From the NCBI GenBank assembly GCA_938017985.1, contig CALIKS010000007.1, positions 28,694 to 52,693 of the forward strand: DNA of 24,000 nucleotides. Reading direction: 5' to 3'. Source of the stretch: an uncultured archaeon. Lineage in GTDB: Archaea > Thermoproteota > Nitrososphaeria_A > Caldarchaeales > Calditenuaceae. Numbering within the stretch: position 1 is the stretch's first letter; every line of letters starts with the position of its first letter. The notes below the pieces were generated by a model. The model did not search any database. It had not been told where the DNA came from and saw nothing but the letters and a program-made list of their open reading frames with translations. A program made the translations under genes and the position numbers. Shown here in pieces: positions 7,517 to 15,971 of the stretch.

Positions 7517-8499
7517 ATAATCGCCCTAAAGTTGCATTTTATTGGTGTGCAAGCTGTGGTGGATGTGAAGAAGCAGTGGTAGATTTAGCCGAAAAAATAA
7601 TTGATGTAGTAAGCCTAGTCGATATTGTATTCTGGCCAGTCGCAATGGACTATAAACTAAGCGATGTGGAGGCTCTGCCTGACAATTCAATAACAGTGAG
7701 CTTCATTAACGGAGGAATTAGATTGTCCGAGCATGAAAAAGTTGTAAGACTCCTCAGACAGAAATCAAAGCTAGTAGTAGCATATGGAGCATGTGCATGC
7801 TGGGGCGGCATCCCGGGACTAGCTAATCAATATTCGCGTGAAGAGATACTAGAAAGAGTCTATCTTACTACTCCAACTACTGCAAATCCCGAGAAAATCA
7901 TGCCTCCGCAAGATGGCTACGCTAAATTAGGTGACGTTAAGATTGAGGTGCCGACATTTCTGCCTGAGCTTAAGCCACTCGATGAAGTAATCGATGTGGA
8001 TTACTATATTCCTGGATGCCCGCCTACCCCAGAAGTGACTTGGAACGCAATAAATGTATTACTATCAGGAAAGCTACCAGATAAAGGCACAGTAATAGGG
8101 GCAAGCAACCGATCCCTATGCGATGAGTGTCCTCTAAATAAAACGAAACCCGAAAATGTACTTATAAAAGAATTCAAAAGAGTTGTTAACTATTCTCCAA
8201 GGGCAGATACTTGTCTTCTAGCCCAAGGATTACCGTGTTTAGGACCGGTTACTCGTGGAGGCTGCGGAGCCTTATGCGTAAAGGCGAATATGCCTTGCAC
8301 TGGATGTTTCGGGCCTCTTGAAAATATTCACGACTATGGAGGAAAAGCGTTATCATTTCTAGCAAGCATACTTGATTATGAAAACGAAGAAGAAATAAAG
8401 AGGGAAATCTCAAAGCTTCCAGATGTTTCTGGATTAATTTATAAATACACACTTCCAAAATCTTTATTAAAAAATCTTCTACGGAGTGTTAGAAAATGA
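7513..8499 (+). CDS. mvhG: [NiFe] hydrogenase small subunit, MvhG-type (group 3)
   Basis: The N-terminus is FYWCASCGGCEEAVVDL. Further Cys clusters are ACACWGG, GCPP, LCDECP and CLGPVTRGGCGALCVKANMPCTGCFGP. There is an ATGA overlap with mvhD. Confidence 0.9.
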   Translation: MNNRPKVAFYWCASCGGCEEAVVDLAEKIIDVVSLVDIVFWPVAMDYKLSDVEALPDNSITVSFINGGIRLSEHEKVVRLLRQKSKLVVAYGACACWGGIPGLANQYSREEILERVYLTTPTTANPEKIMPPQDGYAKLGDVKIEVPTFLPELKPLDEVIDVDYYIPGCPPTPEVTWNAINVLLSGKLPDKGTVIGASNRSLCDECPLNKTKPENVLIKEFKRVVNYSPRADTCLLAQGLPCLGPVTRGGCGALCVKANMPCTGCFGPLENIHDYGGKALSFLASILDYENEEEIKREISKLPDVSGLIYKYTLPKSLLKNLLRSVRK

Positions 8500-9956
8500 A
8501 GGAAATAATAATCGATCCTATAACTAGACTTGAGGGACATGGCAAAATAATCATAGTCATGAATGATGAGGGGAACGTGGAACGCGCATATCTTCACATT
8601 CCAGAGCTCAGAGGATTTGAAAAGTTTGCTGAGGGAAGAGCTGTCGAGGATATGCCTCAAATAACCTCGAGAATCTGCGGTGTATGTCCAATGGCACACC
8701 ATATGGCCTCGACAAAAACCCTTGACGACCTTTACAAATGTAAGCCCACAATAACAGCGAGAAAGATCAGGGAATTAATGTATAACATATTCATGCTCGA
8801 AGATCATGCATTACATGTATATTTACTCGGCGGACCTGACTTCATAGTAGGGCCAACATCCTCAAAAGAAGAAAGAAACATAATTGGAATAATCAATAAA
8901 GTAGGCAAAGAGAATGTCTTGAAAGTAATTTCAATGCGTAAAAAGCTACGTGAAATAAATTTGATGCTTGGTGGAAAAACTATACATCCGGTTTCAGGCG
9001 TACCAGGGGGCGTATCCAGGCCAATTAATTCTGATGAGCTGGAAAAAATTAAGCAAGTTGCAAATGAGTCTATCGAGTTCGCTAGATTTACCCTAAAGCT
9101 ATTTAAAGACATAGTACTAAGTAACGACCAGTACCTAAATCTAATTACAAGTGAAGCATACACTCATCGAACATATTACATGGGACTCGTAGACGAAAAG
9201 AACCGTCTCAACTTCTATGATGGAAAAATCCGAGTAGTGGATCCGAGAGGTAATGAATATGCTAAATTCGATGTACATCAATACGCTGAATACATTGCTG
9301 AGCATGTCGAGCCATGGACTTATATTAAGTTTCCATTCCTAAAAAATTTTGGATGGAAAGGATTCGTTGACGGTGAGGATAGTGGAATTTATAGCGTAGC
9401 ACCACTAGCAAGACTTAACGTCTCCGATTCTTTACCAACACATGAGGCACAAACAGCGTTTGAAGAAATGATATCGATGCTAGGAAAACCCATTCATCAC
9501 ACGTTAGCAAATCATTGGGCCAGAGTCGTCGAGATGATTTATTCAGCTGAAAGAATTCAAGAATTAGTAAACGATCCAGACATACTTGACTCGAATATTA
9601 GAAATATTCCAACCAGTGTTCCAAGCGAAGGTATGGGGGTAGTTGAGGCACCGAGAGGCACGCTCATCCACCACTATATAACAGATGAGAGGGGAGTGGT
9701 AAAACAAGCAAATCTAATAGTAGCTACACAGAATAACGCTGCTAGAATCGCGTTATCAATAGATAAAGCAGCTAAGCACTTGATTCGTCAAGGCCAAGTA
9801 AATGAAGGCTTACTAAATATGGTCGAAATGGCGTTCAGAGCATACGACCCATGCCATGCATGCGGCACACATACACTGCCAGGTAATATGCCATTCGCAA
9901 TGTACATTTATGACACGAATGGAAAACTACTTAACATAGTCAAGCATAATTTATAA
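8496..9956 (+). CDS. mvhA: [NiFe] hydrogenase large subunit, MvhA-type (group 3c-like)
   Basis: RLEGHGKI is present. The L1 motif is RICGVCPMAHH and the L2 motif is DPCHACGTH. L2 is followed by a 27-aa C-terminal extension, the expected protease substrate. Confidence 0.92.
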   Translation: MKEIIIDPITRLEGHGKIIIVMNDEGNVERAYLHIPELRGFEKFAEGRAVEDMPQITSRICGVCPMAHHMASTKTLDDLYKCKPTITARKIRELMYNIFMLEDHALHVYLLGGPDFIVGPTSSKEERNIIGIINKVGKENVLKVISMRKKLREINLMLGGKTIHPVSGVPGGVSRPINSDELEKIKQVANESIEFARFTLKLFKDIVLSNDQYLNLITSEAYTHRTYYMGLVDEKNRLNFYDGKIRVVDPRGNEYAKFDVHQYAEYIAEHVEPWTYIKFPFLKNFGWKGFVDGEDSGIYSVAPLARLNVSDSLPTHEAQTAFEEMISMLGKPIHHTLANHWARVVEMIYSAERIQELVNDPDILDSNIRNIPTSVPSEGMGVVEAPRGTLIHHYITDERGVVKQANLIVATQNNAARIALSIDKAAKHLIRQGQVNEGLLNMVEMAFRAYDPCHACGTHTLPGNMPFAMYIYDTNGKLLNIVKHNL

Positions 9957-9962
9957 TCAGCC

Positions 9963-10448
9963 GTGAAAATTACTGTTCTTTTCCTAGGTAATCCGATTTT
10001 TAGCGATGACGCAATAGGCATAGAGGTTGGGAGGCGACTAATCAATGATTTAAAAAAAATAGGAATTGACGTGTATATTTTGGAAAGAACAGGACTCTCG
10101 TTAATAGATTACATAGTGGGATATGATTTAGTCATTATTGTCGATAGTTTTAAAATCAATCAACGACCTCCAGGAGAAGTAACTTTAAGTAACTTTTTAC
10201 ATTTTTCACTGCCTATTTTTTCTCCCCACTACGCCGGAGTATCAGAAGCATTAATGGTTAGTCAAGCATTAGGCATTAGGAATAATTCAATCTACGTAAT
10301 TGCTATAGAGGTTTACGATCCATATACATTAGGCGAGGGGCTTTCAAGAGAAATTGCTGACAAAATCGAAAAAATCACGAGCGATGTCTACGGTCTGATA
10401 ATGAATATAATTAATAGAGTTGTTGATAAGAAATGCAATCAAGAATAA
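9963..10448 (+). CDS. Hydrogenase maturation endopeptidase (HycI/HybD/FrhD family)
   Basis: The sequence begins VLFLGNPIFSDDAIGIEVG, matching the GNxxxxDDxxG motif. IIVDS and SPHYAG supply the Asp/His metal ligands. It is 161 aa, has a GTG start, and lies immediately after the large subunit. Confidence 0.8.
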   Translation: MKITVLFLGNPIFSDDAIGIEVGRRLINDLKKIGIDVYILERTGLSLIDYIVGYDLVIIVDSFKINQRPPGEVTLSNFLHFSLPIFSPHYAGVSEALMVSQALGIRNNSIYVIAIEVYDPYTLGEGLSREIADKIEKITSDVYGLIMNIINRVVDKKCNQE

Positions 10449-11656
10449 ATAATATCCATAATGTGTTTAGAGATAACCGAGAGATTGTTTCTCCACTAAT
10501 TAGTTTAATAAAAAAATACGCTGAAAAGATCATGAGTGAACAGTTGGGTAGTAGGACAGTTATTAAGATAATGCATTTCTGCGGTACACATGAATGGACA
10601 ATAACTCATTATGGTTTAAGGAGCATATTGCCATCAAACATTGAACTTGTAGCCGGTCCAGGCTGCCCAATATGTGTCGTCCCTTCCTACTACATTGATC
10701 TTTCAATCAGACTTTCATTGGAAGGATATACAATTTATACGTATGGTGATGCGCTTCGACTTCCATCTACAAGACTAAAAACATCTGCAAGATCACTACT
10801 CGAGGCGAAAGCAATGGGAGCAGACGTTAGGGTCGTATATTCTTTCTTGGATGCTGTAAAAGAAGCAGGAACGTCAGGGAAGGACAGCATCTTTCTTGGA
10901 ATTGGCTTCGAGACGATACTACCAGTATATGGTTCTCTTTTTCAGAGAAGAGTGGTGCCGGAAAACCTTAAGTTTCTGAGTCTTGTTCGGCTCACTCCTC
11001 CTGCAATGAAGTTCACCATAAAGCTGTATAGAGAAAGAGGTTTATTACCACTAATGGGAATCATAGCGCCTGGACATGTATCAGCAATTATAGGCGGAGA
11101 AGAGTGGCGATTTTTACCTGAGGTATTTGGACTACCAGTGGTAGTTGCTGGATTTGAACCTGTTGATGTCTTGCTATCTATTGCATTGCTCTTAAAAATG
11201 ATTTATAATAATAAGCCTAGGCTTGAAATCGAGTATAAAAGATTGGTCAAACCGAGTGGGGATGTGCATGTCAAGAATATGATTAGGGAAGTTTTCCAGC
11301 CAGTATATGCTGCGTGGAGAGGAATTGGAATGATACCTAGAAGTGGGATGAGGCTACGGCCAGAGTTTAGAAAGCTTTACGATGCCCTTGAATATTTCGG
11401 CATTCCAGACATCTCTCCGACCGAGTATGTCTTGACACATGCTCATTACGGAGAGCCGGGAAAATATGACATACCTCCCAACTGCAGGTGTGGTGAAGTA
11501 GTACTCGGTATTTCTAAGCCTACTGATTGTCCGTTATTTATGAAATCATGTACACCAGAATCTCCTTGGGGGCCATGCATGGTCTCGACGGAAGGGCCTT
11601 GTAACATATGGGCAAAGTATGGCGGATATAGAGAATACCTAATCAATGAGAGGTGA
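10433..11656 (+). CDS. hypD: Hydrogenase maturation protein HypD
   Basis: Motifs FCGTHEW, GPGCPICV, GFETI, APGHVSAIIG and C-terminal Cys motifs (CRCG, CPLF...C...C...C) are present. Confidence 0.92.
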   Translation: MQSRINNIHNVFRDNREIVSPLISLIKKYAEKIMSEQLGSRTVIKIMHFCGTHEWTITHYGLRSILPSNIELVAGPGCPICVVPSYYIDLSIRLSLEGYTIYTYGDALRLPSTRLKTSARSLLEAKAMGADVRVVYSFLDAVKEAGTSGKDSIFLGIGFETILPVYGSLFQRRVVPENLKFLSLVRLTPPAMKFTIKLYRERGLLPLMGIIAPGHVSAIIGGEEWRFLPEVFGLPVVVAGFEPVDVLLSIALLLKMIYNNKPRLEIEYKRLVKPSGDVHVKNMIREVFQPVYAAWRGIGMIPRSGMRLRPEFRKLYDALEYFGIPDISPTEYVLTHAHYGEPGKYDIPPNCRCGEVVLGISKPTDCPLFMKSCTPESPWGPCMVSTEGPCNIWAKYGGYREYLINER

Positions 11657-11661
11657 TGAGA

Positions 11662-12486
11662 ATGTGTTGGGGCACGCCTGGAAAAATATTAGAAATAAAC
11701 GATAGTGATAAAATAGCGAAGGTTGATTTTGGTGGCATTATTAGGGAAGCAATCATTGGAATAGAGGATGTGAACGTAGGGGATTACGTCATGGTTCACG
11801 CTGGCGTAGTTATTGGCAAAATGAATCCAGTAGATGTTGCGTTAAACCTGATGATATATACAGAGCTGGCTGAGACTAATTATACAGAAATGGGACTTAG
11901 CAGTGAAGAAGCAAAGACAAGGGCGAGAAAAGATCTGGAAAATATGTTAGCAAAACTAGGGATTGATCCAGTCATTATCGATAATTTGAATAATAATGAA
12001 GAAAAAGATGATGAGGAAATTCAAGTTGAACAGAAAAACCAATTAGAAATTCCTGAGACTGCATTTAGAAAAACTTACAAGATATCTCTATCAGATACTG
12101 ATTACTTACAAGTTATGCACTATACAAATTACTTTAAGTTTTGTGAAAGATGTCAACAAGAATTATTATCTAGTGTGGGTTTTGGATACTCAGTACTTAT
12201 CCACAAGTATGGATGCTTCATTCCCACAGTTGAGACCGGTGGAAAGATACTTGCACCAGTAAGGCTAGACAATGAAATTGAAGTAATTGTATGGGTTGAA
12301 GATATAGGGAAAAAACACGTAAGGTTCCGAAACTTGATCTTGAATAAGACAACTGGAAAACTGGCCGCAGACATATACACAATAGGCGTATGTACTGATA
12401 CCTCCATAACAGAGTCAACCGAGCTCCCTGAAGAATTCGCCAAAGCTCTTGAGCCATTTATCTTCAAGAATGAAAGAGGTGATTGA
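11662..12486 (+). CDS. hypC: HypC hydrogenase chaperone fused to a C-terminal 4HBT/YbgC-type hotdog acyl-CoA thioesterase domain
   Basis: The HypC part is MCWGTPGKILEI...VDFGG...VGDYVMVHAGVVI. An acidic low-complexity linker follows (NNLNNNEEKDDEEIQVEQKNQ). The hotdog domain from about 12061 reads SLSDTDYLQVMHYTNYFKF...APVRLDNEIEVIVWVEDIGKKHVRFRN, collinear with E. coli YbgC. I place the start at ATG 11662 so that Cys is residue 2. GAGGTGA lies at 11649-11655. Confidence 0.85.
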   Translation: MCWGTPGKILEINDSDKIAKVDFGGIIREAIIGIEDVNVGDYVMVHAGVVIGKMNPVDVALNLMIYTELAETNYTEMGLSSEEAKTRARKDLENMLAKLGIDPVIIDNLNNNEEKDDEEIQVEQKNQLEIPETAFRKTYKISLSDTDYLQVMHYTNYFKFCERCQQELLSSVGFGYSVLIHKYGCFIPTVETGGKILAPVRLDNEIEVIVWVEDIGKKHVRFRNLILNKTTGKLAADIYTIGVCTDTSITESTELPEEFAKALEPFIFKNERGD

Positions 12487-12488
12487 TA

Positions 12489-13544
12489 ATGAATAACGTC
12501 ACAATGCTTCACGGCGCGGGCGGAAAATACATGTTACAATTCATTCGCCAGTATGTTTTAAAGTATTTTGGCGATTTAGGCAGAAATATAGATGTCCCAC
12601 TATATCTTTTAGAAGATTCAGCGATTATTAACGGCATAGCTTTTACTACAGACTCGTACACTGTATACCCATTATTCTTTCCCGGAGGGGATATCGGTAG
12701 AATGGCAGTTTGTGGCACTGTTAATGACCTTGCCGTTAAAGGAGCGACAAAGATACTAGGGATCTCATGCGGCCTTATAATAGAGGAAGGAGTTGAACTT
12801 GCTATGATTGAACAAATATTGAACAGTATGAGAACTGCTTCAATTGAAGCTGAAACATCAATAATCACAGGAGATACGAAGGTAGTGGAAAGAGGACGCG
12901 TCGACAAATTATTAATAAACTGCTCAGGAATAGGAGCCCCCGAAAAAGAGCTGTTTCATAATTATGAAGTAATTAGAAGGAGTCGTGGAGATTCCTCATC
13001 TATGTGGCTGATTAATAAGAATATTCGTCCAGGTGACAGATTGATTCTGAATGGGCCAATCGGCGACCATGCAGTAGCTATCTTATCTGCTAGAGGAGAA
13101 CTTGGCATTAAATCAGAAGTAAAATCAGACGTTGCCCCACTGAACAAACTAATGCGAGAAGCATTAAAGACCGGTGGCATCACTTGTGCCAAAGATCCTA
13201 CAAGGGGAGGCATGGCTGGCCTTCTAAATGAGTGGGCGGAGAGCACAGGACTTGGATTTATTCTTCATGAGGAGGCAATACCTATAAGTCCCGCGGCAAA
13301 AGCGGCCTCTGAATTATTAGGAATTGATATGCTAGAGGTTGGGAATGAGGGGAAAGTCGTCATGTGTGTAGTTAATGAAAAGGCAGAAGAGGTACTGGCT
13401 TCGATTAAAAAAAATGGGTGGAGACATGCAAGTCTAATTGGGTATGTCACTGATTCCTTTAAAGGCGTAGTCTTAGAAACATCGATAGGTGGTAAAAGAA
13501 TAATTCCACCACCAGTTGGAGACCCAGTACCTAGGATATGTTAG
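12489..13544 (+). CDS. hypE: Hydrogenase maturation protein HypE (carbamoyl dehydratase)
   Basis: The N-terminus is MLHGAGGKYM, with an AIR-synthase-like body and the canonical C-terminal PRIC. I prefer ATG at 12489 (GAGGTGA at 12475-12481) over the ORF-track TTG at 12483. Confidence 0.92.
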   Translation: MNNVTMLHGAGGKYMLQFIRQYVLKYFGDLGRNIDVPLYLLEDSAIINGIAFTTDSYTVYPLFFPGGDIGRMAVCGTVNDLAVKGATKILGISCGLIIEEGVELAMIEQILNSMRTASIEAETSIITGDTKVVERGRVDKLLINCSGIGAPEKELFHNYEVIRRSRGDSSSMWLINKNIRPGDRLILNGPIGDHAVAILSARGELGIKSEVKSDVAPLNKLMREALKTGGITCAKDPTRGGMAGLLNEWAESTGLGFILHEEAIPISPAAKAASELLGIDMLEVGNEGKVVMCVVNEKAEEVLASIKKNGWRHASLIGYVTDSFKGVVLETSIGGKRIIPPPVGDPVPRIC

Positions 13545-15841
13545 GAGCCGTCAAGTTAATAATTTCAGGAATCGTTCAAGGTGTAGGTTTCAGACCAGCT
13601 ATTGCCAGAATATGCCATAAAATGGGTATCAATGGATACGTAAAAAATCTTGGTGGAGGAGAAGTCGAAATATGGATTGAGGGAGAGCCAGAAAAAGTCC
13701 AGTATTTTCTAAAAACTTTGAAGGAAAATGTTCCGCCCACGTCTAAGATTGAAAAAATCATAGTTGAGGAGAAAAAACCACTTAATATTAAAGGCTTTAC
13801 AATACTTAGAAGTGCCCATGAGTCATTTTTGATATCAGAGATTCCACCGGACATAGCGATTTGTAATTGGTGCCTAAATGAAATTAATAGTAAAGAATCT
13901 CGAAGATACAACTATGCTTTTAATGCATGTGCTTGGTGTGGTCCAAGATACTCAATCATTGAGCGATTACCATATGATAGAGAAAACACGAGTTGGATAG
14001 ACTTCCCATTATGTCACTCTTGCATAGAAGAATACAATGATCCGGAAAACATTAGGCGATTTCACGCCGAGGGGAATAGTTGCCCGATTTGCGGTCCGAA
14101 ACTAAGTTTACTAAATAACAATTTAGAAGTTTTAGATGTCGCTGACCCACTACTTGAAGCGTCGAAGCTAATCGATGAGGGGTATATCGTCGCTATTAAA
14201 GGAATTGGTGGCTATCATTTAGCCGCCCTTGCAACTAATGATGATGTAGTGTCGAAACTCCGGTTAAGAAAACAACGTCTAAGGCAACCATTTGCTATAA
14301 TGGCATTAGATATTGAGATTGCGAGAGGCCTCGTAGTCATAGACAATAAAGCTGAAAAGCTTTTGACAAGCTATGAGAGACCAATCGTCATTTTGCAGAA
14401 GACTGAAAACTCAAACGTCTCCTCACTAGTAGCCCCTGGACTAAACACCATAGGGATATACTTGCCATATACAGGTATCCACTATATTCTATTAAAGAAT
14501 ACTAAAGATAAATTTGCAATAATGACTAGTGGCAATCCTACTGGTCAACCAATGATTACCAGTGAAGAGCAGCTAAAAAGACTAAATAAAATCGCTGATT
14601 TCTTTCTTATTCATAACAGACGAATCATTAATAGGATAGATGATTCTGTTGTTAGATTTACTAACGGAGAGGTACAATTATTAAGGAGAGCGAGGGGATA
14701 TGCTCCCACATGGATTGAGACCTCTGTTAGGTTCAATAGACCAGTCATTGCGTTTGGCTCTGACTTACATAACGTTGGAGCAATAGGTGTAGAAAACAAA
14801 ATAATACCTACTCAGTACATAGGCGACGTTGACGAGTATGAAAGTTTCAAAGACCTTGAAACGTATTTATACAGATTATGCCAATATTACAAGATTAATC
14901 CAAGAGAAGCAATATTAGTAGCAGATCTACATCCTCTATATAGGTCATTACTTCTTGCTGAAAAATGGTGCAATGCTTATGATGCAGAATTGATCAGAGT
15001 TCAACATCATAAAGCACACATGGCCTCAGTCATGCTTGACAATAGTCACACTATTGATGAGCCTGCTGTAGCAATAACTGTTGATGGTGCGGGATACGGC
15101 GAAGATAATGCGATTTGGGGAGGAGAAATACTCAGTTGGGATGGAAATAAAATTCATCGTTGTGCACATCTGGAATATCACGTCATGCCGGGAGGAGATC
15201 TAGCAACAAAGTATCCTGCAAGAATGCTTGCATCAATTCTAGGAAAAATACTTAGTGAAGAGGAAGTTTTTAGCATTTTCGAAAAGAGAAGACTACTTGA
15301 ATACTTGCCAATAGGCATAGAAGAACTTCATTACTGCGTAATGTCCGCAAAAAATGGTAGGGGACAATTAACCTCCAGTACTGGCCGGGTTTTAGATAGC
15401 ATATCAGTACTCCTGAGGCTATGCAAAGAACGCAGTTATGAGGGAGAGCCGGCAATTTTGCTTGAAGACTACGCGGCTCACGGAAAAGAAGTCGAAGTAG
15501 CAATCCCAGACATAAAAGATAAAATTATACCAACCTCAGACATAATTTTACAAATAGTCAACCTAGCAGATACCTTAAATGGTCACGACATCGCCTATAC
15601 AGCATTACTAACAATAGGCAAACTTTTAGGAGAAGTCGCAAAGGAAGAAGCACTCAAATATGATTTAGACAAGATCTACATTAGCGGCGGAGCCGCAGTA
15701 AATGAGTATATTATTCGAGGTATCGAGTCTGCAATCAAAAATAGTGGAGTAATGCTTAAGATGCATAAAAAGTTGCCTCCAAATGATGGTTGTATTTCTG
15801 CGGGCCAAGTCTTCATAACTAAAATGTTAGGATTACTTTAG
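13538..15841 (+). CDS. hypF: Hydrogenase maturation carbamoyltransferase HypF
   Basis: The acylphosphatase domain is GIVQGVGFRP...GYVKN. Two zinc-finger pairs are present (CNWC...CAWCGPRYSI; CHSC...CPICGPKL). The YrdC motif is IKGIGGYHLA, followed by a Kae1-like C-terminus. Length is 767 aa. Confidence 0.92.
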   Translation: MLGAVKLIISGIVQGVGFRPAIARICHKMGINGYVKNLGGGEVEIWIEGEPEKVQYFLKTLKENVPPTSKIEKIIVEEKKPLNIKGFTILRSAHESFLISEIPPDIAICNWCLNEINSKESRRYNYAFNACAWCGPRYSIIERLPYDRENTSWIDFPLCHSCIEEYNDPENIRRFHAEGNSCPICGPKLSLLNNNLEVLDVADPLLEASKLIDEGYIVAIKGIGGYHLAALATNDDVVSKLRLRKQRLRQPFAIMALDIEIARGLVVIDNKAEKLLTSYERPIVILQKTENSNVSSLVAPGLNTIGIYLPYTGIHYILLKNTKDKFAIMTSGNPTGQPMITSEEQLKRLNKIADFFLIHNRRIINRIDDSVVRFTNGEVQLLRRARGYAPTWIETSVRFNRPVIAFGSDLHNVGAIGVENKIIPTQYIGDVDEYESFKDLETYLYRLCQYYKINPREAILVADLHPLYRSLLLAEKWCNAYDAELIRVQHHKAHMASVMLDNSHTIDEPAVAITVDGAGYGEDNAIWGGEILSWDGNKIHRCAHLEYHVMPGGDLATKYPARMLASILGKILSEEEVFSIFEKRRLLEYLPIGIEELHYCVMSAKNGRGQLTSSTGRVLDSISVLLRLCKERSYEGEPAILLEDYAAHGKEVEVAIPDIKDKIIPTSDIILQIVNLADTLNGHDIAYTALLTIGKLLGEVAKEEALKYDLDKIYISGGAAVNEYIIRGIESAIKNSGVMLKMHKKLPPNDGCISAGQVFITKMLGLL

Positions 15842-15939
15842 TAAAGGATGGCTACAATAAGGTAAACCTACTTTCGGTCTGAGTACATTATTCGAAATTT
15901 TGTCTATTCCAGTGAAAATTTACATGAGTCTGCAATAAT

Positions 15940-15949
15940 AAATTTTATA
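15940..15949 (+). promoter_or_regulatory. Candidate TATA box for the BMP/amidohydrolase pair
   Basis: AAATTTTATA is centred about 27 nt upstream of the ATG at 15972, with no Shine-Dalgarno between them. Confidence 0.4.
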
Positions 15950-15971
15950 CGAGGCCATTAGATTTAATGAT

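Noticed and set aside
5145-9956. Possible selenocysteine (TGA) recoding in the HdrA, MvhD, MvhG and MvhA homologs, as occurs in Methanococcus Vhu/HdrA.
   Set aside because: All conserved ligand positions are encoded by TGT/TGC. The only TGA codons at gene ends are the genuine overlapping stops (ATGA/GTGA), and the frames are uninterrupted.
9943-9956. The AT-rich CATAATTTATAATC at the end of mvhA considered as an internal promoter for the protease/hyp genes.
   Set aside because: It lies only about 13 nt from the GTG at 9963, too close for the roughly -26 TATA geometry of a leaderless start. It is also within coding sequence of an AT-rich genome. It cannot be distinguished from chance.
11653-11661. 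The ORF-track start (GTG 11653, giving MMRMCWG...) for the HypC fusion.
   Set aside because: HypC function requires Cys as the first residue after Met removal. ATG at 11662 gives MCWGTPGK and is preceded by GAGGTGA at the right spacing. The 11653 start lies inside that Shine-Dalgarno and inside the hypD stop.
15842-15971. The longest intergenic region (130 nt) considered as a possible small RNA, C/D-box sRNA or tRNA.
   Set aside because: It is AT-rich and has no convincing stems. There is no RUGAUGA/CUGA box pair with proper spacing and no tRNA-like cloverleaf. It is better explained as a 3' UTR plus the promoter of the BMP gene.
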